Shown piece by piece: positions 9,088 to 16,168 of a DNA stretch of 32,000 bases. Numbering within the stretch: position 1 is the first letter of the stretch; each line of letters starts with the position of its first letter. Position numbers and translations under genes: made by a program. Origin of the DNA: Methanomassiliicoccus sp. UBA345 (GTDB lineage: Archaea > Thermoplasmatota > Thermoplasmata > Methanomassiliicoccales > Methanomassiliicoccaceae); assembly GCA_002504525.1 (NCBI GenBank), contig DATD01000009.1, forward strand, positions 43,464-75,463, given 5' to 3'. Under the pieces are notes generated by a model. It did no database searches and was not told the origin of the DNA. It was given only the letters and a program-made list of their open reading frames with translations.

Positions 9088-9519
9088 TTACGTTCCCCCG
9101 AAATGCTCCTTGAGTATAAGCCGGGTCCTTGTCGACACGACGTTGTCGAAGCGGCGTATGCGCTCGATGATCTCGTTGAGCTGCGGAGATGACGTAACGT
9201 CGATTATGGCTACCACGTCCTCCTCCCCCGTCACTTCGAACACCTCGGACACGCCTTCGAACTTCGCGATCTTGACGGCCACGTCGGAAGTGTTGATGTT
9301 GACGTTGATCTTCACTTCGATGATGGCCTTGACGTTCTTGCTGGACGTCTTGATGGTGAACGACTGTATGATGCTCTCATCGACCAGCTTGCGCACCCTG
9401 CTGCGAATGGTGCCTTCCGAGACCTTCAGCTGGTTCGCTATATCGACAAAGGGCCTTCGGGAATCCCTCTTTAGTATTTCGATGATCTTCTCGTCCAAAT
9501 AATCAATCACGGACCTCAT
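9088..9519 (-). CDS. Lrp/AsnC family transcriptional regulator (first gene of the lysine operon)
   Basis: 143 aa. N-terminal HTH is LDEKIIEILKRDSRRPFVDIANQLKVSEGTIRSRVRKL, followed by an alpha/beta RAM-type effector domain. Its TAA stop lies 1 nt before the dapA ATG. Confidence 0.88.
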   Translation of the reverse strand: MRSVIDYLDEKIIEILKRDSRRPFVDIANQLKVSEGTIRSRVRKLVDESIIQSFTIKTSSKNVKAIIEVKINVNINTSDVAVKIAKFEGVSEVFEVTGEEDVVAIIDVTSSPQLNEIIERIRRFDNVVSTRTRLILKEHFGGT

Positions 9520-9544
9520 CTCCGATATCGTTCCGTTACGATTT

Positions 9545-9590
9545 CCTGTATGATTTTTGAAGATAACATAGCTTACTTATTTAATCCTTA
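9545..9590 (-). promoter_or_regulatory. AT-rich promoter region of the lrp-dap operon (TATA-like candidates)
   Basis: This is the most AT-rich stretch in the window. Read on the minus strand it contains GATTAAATAAG (9575..9584 region) and TCAAAAATCA (9551..9560). Both are TATA-like and lie 30-65 nt upstream of the lrp ATG (9519). I cannot tell from sequence which one is used. Confidence 0.4.
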
Positions 9591-9624
9591 TGAAAAGCAA
9601 ATTGCGATTATCAGAAAATCGGAA

Positions 9625-9646
9625 CGGTGGCCTGCAGTTTCCACCG
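9625..9646 (-). terminator. hairpin plus T-tracts downstream of panE
   Basis: CGGTGG (9625..9630) and CCACCG (9641..9646) form a 6-bp stem with a 10-nt loop, 7 nt after the panE stop. On the minus strand it is followed by ttccgaTTTTctgataatcgcaatttgcTTTTc. Confidence 0.5.
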
Positions 9647-9652
9647 AACCAT

Positions 9653-10567
9653 CTAAGTACTCCCGCCGCATTTGGACGATAATCCGCGGCCTTCCGCAGC
9701 CCTCACCATGGTCCACAGCGACCTGTTGATGTCCATGGGCACCCCCGCCGACTCACCTTTTCGCACCAGCTCGCCATTGATCTCGTCGATCTCGGTCCTC
9801 CGGCCGGCCTCGAGGTCCTGCAGCATGCTGCAGCGGTTGTCGCGAGTGGAGCCAATGACCCATTTCACGCGGGCGAAGGCGTCGCGATACGGAAGAACGA
9901 TCCCGCATGCCTCGGACGCGCCGACGGCCTCGGAGCATGCCCCCTCGGCGATGGAGAGAAGCGCCTTTCGCTCCAGGAGGCGGCCGTTGGGCACGCCGGC
10001 CAGCGCGGCGAGGGGATTGATGCATGCGTTGACGACCGCCTTCATCCACACCTCCGACGCGATATCCTCCGAGACCTCGCTCTTCAGTCCTGCGGAGTTG
10101 AGCAGCGCCGCCACCGCCGCCGCGCGCTCTCCGCCCCCGGCCGGCGAACCGACCACCGTCGTTCCGATGGCGGCTAGCCTCACGGTCTCCGGCCCGGCCC
10201 TGGCCGCTCCCATGGTAGTGGGCGCCAGGACCGCGCGGTCGCCGAACCTCTCGCTCAGCAGGTCCAGGTGGCGCATGCCGTTCTGCAGCGACACTATGGC
10301 GGTGCCCTCGTCGGCGTAGGGCGCCACCGCGTCGGCCGCGGCCGCGACATCGTACGCCTTGGTGGCGATAAAGATCACATCATAGCGGCCGCGAGGGACG
10401 GTCCCCGGGCGGACGGTCCGCTCCATCGCGCCTACGATGGTGATGCCGTCCTTTGCGATCCTGGAAGCGCGGTCCCTTCTCACCGCCACGTCCACCTCGC
10501 TGCCGGAGGACAGCATCGCCGCCAGGACGCTTCCCACCGCACCCGCCCCGAACACCAGCACCCTCAT
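9653..10567 (-). CDS. panE: 2-dehydropantoate 2-reductase (ketopantoate reductase, PanE/ApbA family)
   Basis: 304 aa. It has MRVLVFGAGAVGS (Rossmann), FIATKAYD, the family motif EVWMKAVVNACINPLAAL, and CSMLQDLEAGRRTEIDEINGELV. ATGA overlap with the upstream gene's stop at 10564..10567. Confidence 0.88.
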   Translation of the reverse strand: MRVLVFGAGAVGSVLAAMLSSGSEVDVAVRRDRASRIAKDGITIVGAMERTVRPGTVPRGRYDVIFIATKAYDVAAAADAVAPYADEGTAIVSLQNGMRHLDLLSERFGDRAVLAPTTMGAARAGPETVRLAAIGTTVVGSPAGGGERAAAVAALLNSAGLKSEVSEDIASEVWMKAVVNACINPLAALAGVPNGRLLERKALLSIAEGACSEAVGASEACGIVLPYRDAFARVKWVIGSTRDNRCSMLQDLEAGRRTEIDEINGELVRKGESAGVPMDINRSLWTMVRAAEGRGLSSKCGGST

Positions 10568-11517
10568 GCGTAAGCCTCCCGGCGAACCTCGTTGGCGAGC
10601 TCATGGGCGCGGCGAAGCGGGGCTGGGATGCCGCGCTGCAGCGCCTCGGAGCACAGGGCCACGGCCCGACGGAGCGACGTCCGGTGGCCGGGGGACACGA
10701 ACGCGGCCTTCCGGCCGTGGCGGAGCATGCACCCCGCCACTTCCCCGCCCAGGCGTATCGGCGACCGTTCCGCCTCGACATCGTCCACCTCGCCGACCAG
10801 CAGGCTCTTGGCCGCCCCCACCGTCGGCACGTCCAGCGCCACCCCGATATGGCTGGCGATGCCCGCCCGGCGGGGGTGAAGAACGCCATGGCCGTCCACG
10901 AGGTATACCGTTCCTGGGGTGTCCCTCACCAAGGAGCGAAGCGGCGGCAGCTCGCGATATGTCAGGTAGGTCGGGATGTAGGGGAACCGGACCTTGCAGC
11001 GCGATGTCCTCTCCTCGACGATCTCGCCGGTGCGCCGGTCCATTATGGAGACCGCCGCGAAGGCGTCGTCGCCCTGGTACGAGACATCCAGCCCGGCGAT
11101 GCGGCACGGCTCCTGGGGATCGTCCCTCAACACCGCCCGTTCCGCGATGTCGTCCTGCTCCTTCCTCAAGCGGACCAGCACCGGCTCGATATCAAAATCC
11201 GCGAACCTCGCGGCGGCGAGCCCCTGGACCCTGCCGTTTCGGAGCTGAATGCCTTCCTCATCCAGCCGCTTCGCCCGGAGCTCGGCGGCCGGGCCGCGGC
11301 CGATCTCCCCGGTGGAGTAGACCACCCTGTGCGTCGGCACCTCGGGAGGCCGCTCCCCGCGGGACAGGACGTCGCCGACCGCTCTTGACGCCTTCTTATC
11401 CCCCAGCGCTGCGGCGATGTCACCGTACGTCGATACCATGCCGGAAGGGATCATCGACGCCGCCTCGTATATGAGGCCGATGAGATCGATATCCTTCTCA
11501 GAGAAGCACGCGGACAT
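10564..11517 (-). CDS. nfi: fusion protein: N-terminal MGMT-like (alkyltransferase-like, Cys->Thr) DNA-binding domain + C-terminal endonuclease V
   Basis: 317 aa. Residues about 10-100 resemble the MGMT C-terminal domain (IPSGMVSTYGDIAAALG...ASRAVGDVL...EVPTHRVVYSTGEIG), but PTHRV replaces the PCHRV active site (Thr62 codon at 11332..11334). Residues about 105-317 carry EndoV motifs: AGLDVSY, FPYIPTYLTYRE, LVDGHGVLHPRRAGIASHIGV and VGAAKSLL. Confidence 0.85.
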   Translation of the reverse strand: MSACFSEKDIDLIGLIYEAASMIPSGMVSTYGDIAAALGDKKASRAVGDVLSRGERPPEVPTHRVVYSTGEIGRGPAAELRAKRLDEEGIQLRNGRVQGLAAARFADFDIEPVLVRLRKEQDDIAERAVLRDDPQEPCRIAGLDVSYQGDDAFAAVSIMDRRTGEIVEERTSRCKVRFPYIPTYLTYRELPPLRSLVRDTPGTVYLVDGHGVLHPRRAGIASHIGVALDVPTVGAAKSLLVGEVDDVEAERSPIRLGGEVAGCMLRHGRKAAFVSPGHRTSLRRAVALCSEALQRGIPAPLRRAHELANEVRREAYA

Positions 11518-12238
11518 CGTTGACCTCTCCCACCTCGATCTCGAACCGGGTGATCCCCTTGTTCAGAGGCAATGAGACATTCCATACCGGCACCGCCACG
11601 CCCCCGCGGGGGTCGTCCAGGGTCCGCTGCTTCTTGGACACGACCGTGTGGCGGCTTCCGCCATGGGCATGCGCGTGTATGCTAAGGTCCGGCCGCTTTT
11701 CCAGCAGGACCGATTCCATGGCGCGCGAGCCCATCTCCGGGAACGCTCTCTCCTTCTCCCCCCGCAGCGTGTGGTAGGTGGTGGCGTAATGGCTTAGCAG
11801 GATGAGGAGGTCGCAGCCCTCTCGGTCCAGAAGCGAGGATACCGTCTCCACCCTCTTCCGGTACATTTCATGGATCCCGGGCACGTTGTTCCTCTGCCAC
11901 CAGGTGGGCCGGTCCAGCGCGCCGGTGGTTCCCACGATGCGGACGATGCGGCCATCGATGTTCAGGTCCACCCGCTCGTCGTCCAGGAAGGTGATGTCGT
12001 ACATCCGCCGCAGCTCCTCGCGGTCCTGCTCGTACTCGTCGTTGCCGAACACCGCCACGATGGGGACGTCGGAACGCTTGCGTATGGCCGCCAGCACCGT
12101 GCCGTAGGCGTCGATGTCGCTCGAGTCGGTAATGTCCCCGGCCAGGAGGAGCAGGTCCAGGTCCTTCAGCTCTCTGCCGAGCCCCTCCTGCCGAAGGAAT
12201 CTCCCGCCATGGGCGTCTCCCATTGCCCCGAGCAACAT
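11498..12238 (-). CDS. metallophosphoesterase (calcineurin-like)
   Basis: 246 aa. It has the phosphoesterase motif series GDAHG, LLAGDITD, FGNDEY, LLSHY and HAHAHGG. Its 3' end overlaps the nfi-fusion start by 20 nt. Confidence 0.82.
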   Translation of the reverse strand: MLLGAMGDAHGGRFLRQEGLGRELKDLDLLLLAGDITDSSDIDAYGTVLAAIRKRSDVPIVAVFGNDEYEQDREELRRMYDITFLDDERVDLNIDGRIVRIVGTTGALDRPTWWQRNNVPGIHEMYRKRVETVSSLLDREGCDLLILLSHYATTYHTLRGEKERAFPEMGSRAMESVLLEKRPDLSIHAHAHGGSRHTVVSKKQRTLDDPRGGVAVPVWNVSLPLNKGITRFEIEVGEVNDVRVLL

Positions 12239-12260
12239 GGCCTCATGAACGATGGCATGG

Positions 12261-12268
12261 TTTATACA
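12261..12268 (-). promoter_or_regulatory. TATA box for the metallophosphoesterase-nfi-panE operon
   Basis: TTTATACA on + (TGTATAAA on minus) is centred about 26 nt upstream of ATG 12238, with no Shine-Dalgarno in between. This geometry fits a leaderless or short-leader archaeal promoter. Confidence 0.5.
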
Positions 12269-12347
12269 ATGTTCTGGCTGCGATCAGCCTTGCTGAACGA
12301 GCGATGTCTGCCGCGTTAGTGCGACGAACCGGGCCGGTCGCGAATGC

Positions 12348-12854
12348 CTATCTCCGCTGCCCGTACTTGTTCCAGTGGAACAGCTCCTGAGATGCTTTTC
12401 GGCTCCTCTGAGAGGGCTCCTCGTCCGGGTACCCGAGCGTTAGGCATACCGCCACCGAGCGGTCGGCCGGGACGCCGAGCAGTTCGTTGATCCCGTCCCT
12501 ATCGAACGCCCCTATCCAGCACGTCCCCAGCCCCTTCTCTTGCGCGGCCAGGGTGATATGGTCCATCATGATGGAGAGATCGGTCACGGTCCACTTCTGG
12601 CCGGGGACCTCCACCGCCGCGAGGAACACGGAGCAATCGCCGATGAATTGCTGGTTCTTGCATATCGGGACCAGCTTCTCCCTGATGCTTCGGTCCGTGA
12701 CGATCACCAGCTCCCAGGCCTGCCGGTTCGCCGCCGAGGGTGCCAGACGGGCGGCCTCCAGGACCTCTTCCAGCACCTCGACGGGCATTTCCTTATGTTT
12801 GTAACTGCGTATGCTTCGCCTGCCGCTGATCGCCGTTATGACGTCCATTGCCAT
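12348..12854 (-). CDS. nitroreductase family protein
   Basis: 168 aa. It contains RRSIRSYK, LEAARLAPSAANRQAWELVIV and the WIGAFD motif, typical of small FMN nitroreductases. Confidence 0.88.
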   Translation of the reverse strand: MAMDVITAISGRRSIRSYKHKEMPVEVLEEVLEAARLAPSAANRQAWELVIVTDRSIREKLVPICKNQQFIGDCSVFLAAVEVPGQKWTVTDLSIMMDHITLAAQEKGLGTCWIGAFDRDGINELLGVPADRSVAVCLTLGYPDEEPSQRSRKASQELFHWNKYGQRR

Positions 12855-12919
12855 TCCTCATCCCGCCTTACCTACCGCGGCCTATTATATCTTGCTGGGA
12901 GGAAGGTATGAGGAGGCCC

Positions 12920-14497
12920 TCACGCCTCCTTGGGCGCAGTATCGCTGAGATCGATCACCTTCTGCCGTTCCTCCTTTGACGGAGGTCCGTTCAGGGTGAT
13001 GACCCTCTGCGGGAAGGGGATCTCGACCCCTTCCTCCCTGAGCCTCCTCTCTACCGCCATCCTCATCTCGGAGGCGACGCGCCACATGTTCTTAAGGTCC
13101 ACCCAGTACCACACCTTGACCTCCACCGAGCATTCGCCCAGATTGGCAGTGCGAACGTATGGCATCTGGCCTGGCTCCTTGATCACGTCGGGATTCTCGT
13201 CGGCCACCTTCAGCAGGAGTTTGTGGACCTTTTCTAGATCGGTGCCGTAGGCCACGGTGACCTCGGTCCCCTGCGAATGGCGATTGTCAGGACGGGACCA
13301 GTTCTCGACCTTTCGGTTTGCCAGCATGTCGTTGGGCAGGACGATGAGGTCGTGATCGGTGGTGTTATACAGCTGAGTGGTGCGCAGTCCGATCTTCACC
13401 ACCCTGCATATCTCTCCAGTGTCCAGCTTGACCACGTCGCCGATCTTGAAGGGGCGGTCCAGCATCAGCAGGATGCCGGAGAACAGATTCCCCAGGCTGT
13501 GCTGGGCGGCGAGACCGATCACCAGACCCATCACGCCCAGGCTGGCCACTGCCAACGTCAGGTCGACGCCCACCACCGACAGCGCGGCGCCGGCGGCGAA
13601 GACCGGGATGATGAGCATGCCTGCCTTTTGGAGCAGGGGGATCAGGACGTCATCGACACCGCTCTCGGTCTTCTTGGACCACTTCTCCGCGAAACCGATC
13701 ACGATGTCATTGAAGATCCGATAGATCGTCCACGCCACCACCATTATGGTGATGATGCGATAGAGCTGCCAGATGGCCACGTGCACATCGGCTGGAATGT
13801 TGAGGATGTCGAGCGAGTCGACCAGGCCGAAGCTGATGATCACGATGAGGGTGGGCATCCTGAGCAGCCTCAGCAGGCGGTTGTCGAGGTTGTTCTTTGT
13901 CCTCTTGCAGAGGAGTTGGACAATGGGGAAGACCAAGAAGCGTACCAGCATGGCGATGCCGATCCATACCAGAAGCACGATGGCAAAGGTCCCCCAGGTG
14001 CTGTTCAGCGGGGCGGGGAGGTTGTTCTCCCATGCGAAGATCATCGCCCCTCCCTTCTCGAACAATGCGGTGATGTCAACAGCAGCGGTCCTCTCCACCG
14101 CCGTGATCTGGGAAGGGTCGTCCATCTTCACGATCTCGAACATGACCGTCAGGTCGGCCCGTTGGGTAGGTACTTCCTGAGTGGAGGCGACCGTCACCGA
14201 GGAGGTCCAGTGGTCACCGGGTTCTAGTGTCGCGAAGCTTTCCGCCGCGGTGGCGGTGACCTCACCCCCGTCGCTTGCAATGGTCGGCACCACCCTGATC
14301 AGGTACGATGAGTTGTCGTTGTTGTACAACACCCATTTGAACGTGGCAGACTCGGAAGCGCCAATGCTCGCCTCGTATGATCCGACCTCAAGTATGTTGA
14401 CCGGTTCCGCCGAGACAGACGGCGCGAGCAGCACCGTAAGTGCCATCAGGACGGGAAGGAGGAGCGCGATGGACCTTCGCATCATCTTGCTCGGCAT
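12920..14497 (-). CDS. MscS-family mechanosensitive channel with signal peptide and extracytoplasmic N-terminal domain
   Basis: 525 aa. Signal peptide is MMRRSIALLLPVLMALTVLLAPSVSA/EP. A beta-rich domain of about 130 aa follows, then several TM segments and the MscS core LGNLFSGILLMLDRPFKIGDVVKLD. An alternative start at ATG 14485 would sit about 26 nt from the ATTAAAAA box (14508..14515). Confidence 0.86.
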   Translation of the reverse strand: MPSKMMRRSIALLLPVLMALTVLLAPSVSAEPVNILEVGSYEASIGASESATFKWVLYNNDNSSYLIRVVPTIASDGGEVTATAAESFATLEPGDHWTSSVTVASTQEVPTQRADLTVMFEIVKMDDPSQITAVERTAAVDITALFEKGGAMIFAWENNLPAPLNSTWGTFAIVLLVWIGIAMLVRFLVFPIVQLLCKRTKNNLDNRLLRLLRMPTLIVIISFGLVDSLDILNIPADVHVAIWQLYRIITIMVVAWTIYRIFNDIVIGFAEKWSKKTESGVDDVLIPLLQKAGMLIIPVFAAGAALSVVGVDLTLAVASLGVMGLVIGLAAQHSLGNLFSGILLMLDRPFKIGDVVKLDTGEICRVVKIGLRTTQLYNTTDHDLIVLPNDMLANRKVENWSRPDNRHSQGTEVTVAYGTDLEKVHKLLLKVADENPDVIKEPGQMPYVRTANLGECSVEVKVWYWVDLKNMWRVASEMRMAVERRLREEGVEIPFPQRVITLNGPPSKEERQKVIDLSDTAPKEA

Positions 14498-14648
14498 CGG
14501 GTCATCGATTAAAAAGGTTCATCAGGCAACTCGCCCAGGATGAGGCTGCGTAGCCTCATAGGCCGTAACGATGATGCAGCGGCCCGCCCTCAATATGGAA
14601 AGCTCAAGAAGCAAGTTATTTTACGTCCCAATCCATCCGCCCGGCTGT

Positions 14649-15533
14649 ATGGAATGGACGCCTTTGATCAAGGTCGCGCTGTCATTCGCCGTGCTGGCGC
14701 TTGCATCGCGGGCCGACTGGAAGACCAGGGAGGCATCCGACATGTACTGGATCGCCCTGGGCGCGGCGGGAATGGTGTTCCTCGCGGCGCAGATCTCCCT
14801 CGACGACGCGGATCCGATGTACTATCTCATCCTGTTCCCTATCGCGGTGTTCTTCCTGGACATCTTCTGGGACCGCAAGGGCGTGTTCGAGGACGGAGTT
14901 CAGGTCCTTCCCCTCATCCTATACGTGGCGGCGTTCGCCACGCTCGGATGGCTGGTGCTCGAGAACTACAGCGACCTGTACCTGTGGGAGCTGATGCTCG
15001 TCCCCATCATGATATTCGCGTTCATCCTGCTCTACCAGTTCGACATCATCAAGGGAGGGGCGGACGCCAAGGCGCTCATAGCGTTGGCGATCGTGTTCCC
15101 GCTGTACCCCGTCATGGACGGCCTACCGCTCATTGCCCTTCCGACCGAGCTCAGCCATTTCATCATGCCGTTCCCCATTCTGATACTCTTCAATGCCGCC
15201 CTGATGACGCTGGCAGTGCCGATCGCTCTGCTGCTCCTCAACCTGGCAAGGGGGGACCTCAGGTTCCCGACGATGCTGTTCGGCTACCGCATGCCGCTCG
15301 ACGAGGCGGAGAGGAAGTTCGTCTGGACGATGGAGCATATCGAGGACGGAGAACGGAGGATGAACTATTTCCCCAGAAGCTCGGATGACAACGAGACGCA
15401 GCTAGAGGGCCTGAGAGCGGCCGGCGCCGACTGGATATGGGTAACGCCGAAGGTGCCTTTCCTCGTTCCGATCACCATCTCGATCCTCTTCTCGACGATC
15501 GTCGGCAATCTGCTCTTCCTGCTGTTCCGGTGA
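14649..15533 (+). CDS. A24-family aspartic peptidase (archaeal prepilin/preflagellin peptidase, FlaK/PibD-like)
   Basis: ORF 14571..15533. The first catalytic Asp context is ASRADWKTREASD (GAC 14715..14717) and the second is IIKGGADAKAL (GxGD-type). I prefer the start at ATG 14649 because Asp falls at residue 23 as in PibD-like enzymes, and TTATTTTA (14616..14623) is centred about 30 nt upstream. Start 14571 is not excluded. Confidence 0.82.
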   Translation: MEWTPLIKVALSFAVLALASRADWKTREASDMYWIALGAAGMVFLAAQISLDDADPMYYLILFPIAVFFLDIFWDRKGVFEDGVQVLPLILYVAAFATLGWLVLENYSDLYLWELMLVPIMIFAFILLYQFDIIKGGADAKALIALAIVFPLYPVMDGLPLIALPTELSHFIMPFPILILFNAALMTLAVPIALLLLNLARGDLRFPTMLFGYRMPLDEAERKFVWTMEHIEDGERRMNYFPRSSDDNETQLEGLRAAGADWIWVTPKVPFLVPITISILFSTIVGNLLFLLFR

Positions 15534-16164
15534 ACCGGCATGAATTGCGGAGACAGCAGCCGCCGCACATCGGACGAGCGCGGCATACGGTGTGGGCATG
15601 GTGGACCATGAGCGCATACAGCTGAGAAAACACGACGGCGTCCGGCGGAAGCTCCGACTCGACGTACCTCTGCACCTCCCAATAGTCGTCGGACGACAAC
15701 ATGCCCATTCGGTCCAGCAGCCTCCTGACATAGGCAGCTGCGATGAACTTCGGACGTCCGCCGGCGAACAGCAGGATGGCGTCGGCGGTCTCCTCCCCGA
15801 TGCCAGGCAGCGAAAGCAGCTCCGTCCGGCTCTCCTCGATGTCCTTCTCCAGCAGACCCCTTGGATCGGACGAATATTCCCTGGCCAGATATCGGGCGAG
15901 ATTCTGGATGTGCGAGGCCTTCTGGCGATAGAAGCCGGCCGGACGGATGATCGTTTCAAGCTCGTCCAGAGGCATAGTGGCGATCTTATCGACGTCCATC
16001 GCCCCACGGCGCTTAAGTTCGCCAAGCACTCGCTCCACGTTCTCCCATGCGGTCTGCTGCACCAGGATGGCGCCGACCATCACCTCCCACCCCGATTCGG
16101 CGGGCCACCATCCGCTGACGTCGTGGCATTCGCTCAGCTTGAGGTATAGTTCGGCGACGTTCAA
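15472..16164 (-). CDS. endonuclease III-like HhH-GPD domain protein (COG2231-type) with C-terminal 4-Cys cluster
   Basis: ORF 15472..16257 trimmed to TTG 16164. The sequence gggTGAtggaTTG contains GGTGAT as an SD 4 nt upstream, and the start lies 4 nt after the amrS stop. Motifs are WWPAESGWEVMVGAILVQQTAWENV, the HhH LLSLPGIGEETADAILLFA, and the cluster CRARPMCGGCCLRNSC. The 3' end overlaps the convergent peptidase gene by 62 nt. Confidence 0.72.
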   Translation of the reverse strand: MNVAELYLKLSECHDVSGWWPAESGWEVMVGAILVQQTAWENVERVLGELKRRGAMDVDKIATMPLDELETIIRPAGFYRQKASHIQNLARYLAREYSSDPRGLLEKDIEESRTELLSLPGIGEETADAILLFAGGRPKFIAAAYVRRLLDRMGMLSSDDYWEVQRYVESELPPDAVVFSQLYALMVHHAHTVCRARPMCGGCCLRNSCRFTGTAGRADCRRSSRRGSRW

Positions 16165-16168
16165 TCCA

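Noticed and set aside
9088-9519. Lower GC of the lrp gene as a sign of horizontal acquisition
   Set aside because: The shift is modest by eye and is explained by its K/I/N/E-rich composition. The gene is translationally packed against dapA (1-nt spacer), and no mobility genes or repeats flank it.
10437-11474. 345-aa + strand ORF (and the sibling 10453..11388, 311 aa) covering the nfi-fusion gene
   Set aside because: The products are P/R/A/G-rich and low-complexity with no recognisable domain. They lie exactly antisense to a gene with clear MGMT-like and EndoV motifs. This is a typical GC-driven shadow ORF.
15402-16025. 207-aa minus-strand ORF in an alternative frame of the EndoIII-like gene
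   Set aside because: It is an R/S/P/C-rich product without motifs. The other frame gives a clean HhH-GPD domain and a Cys cluster.
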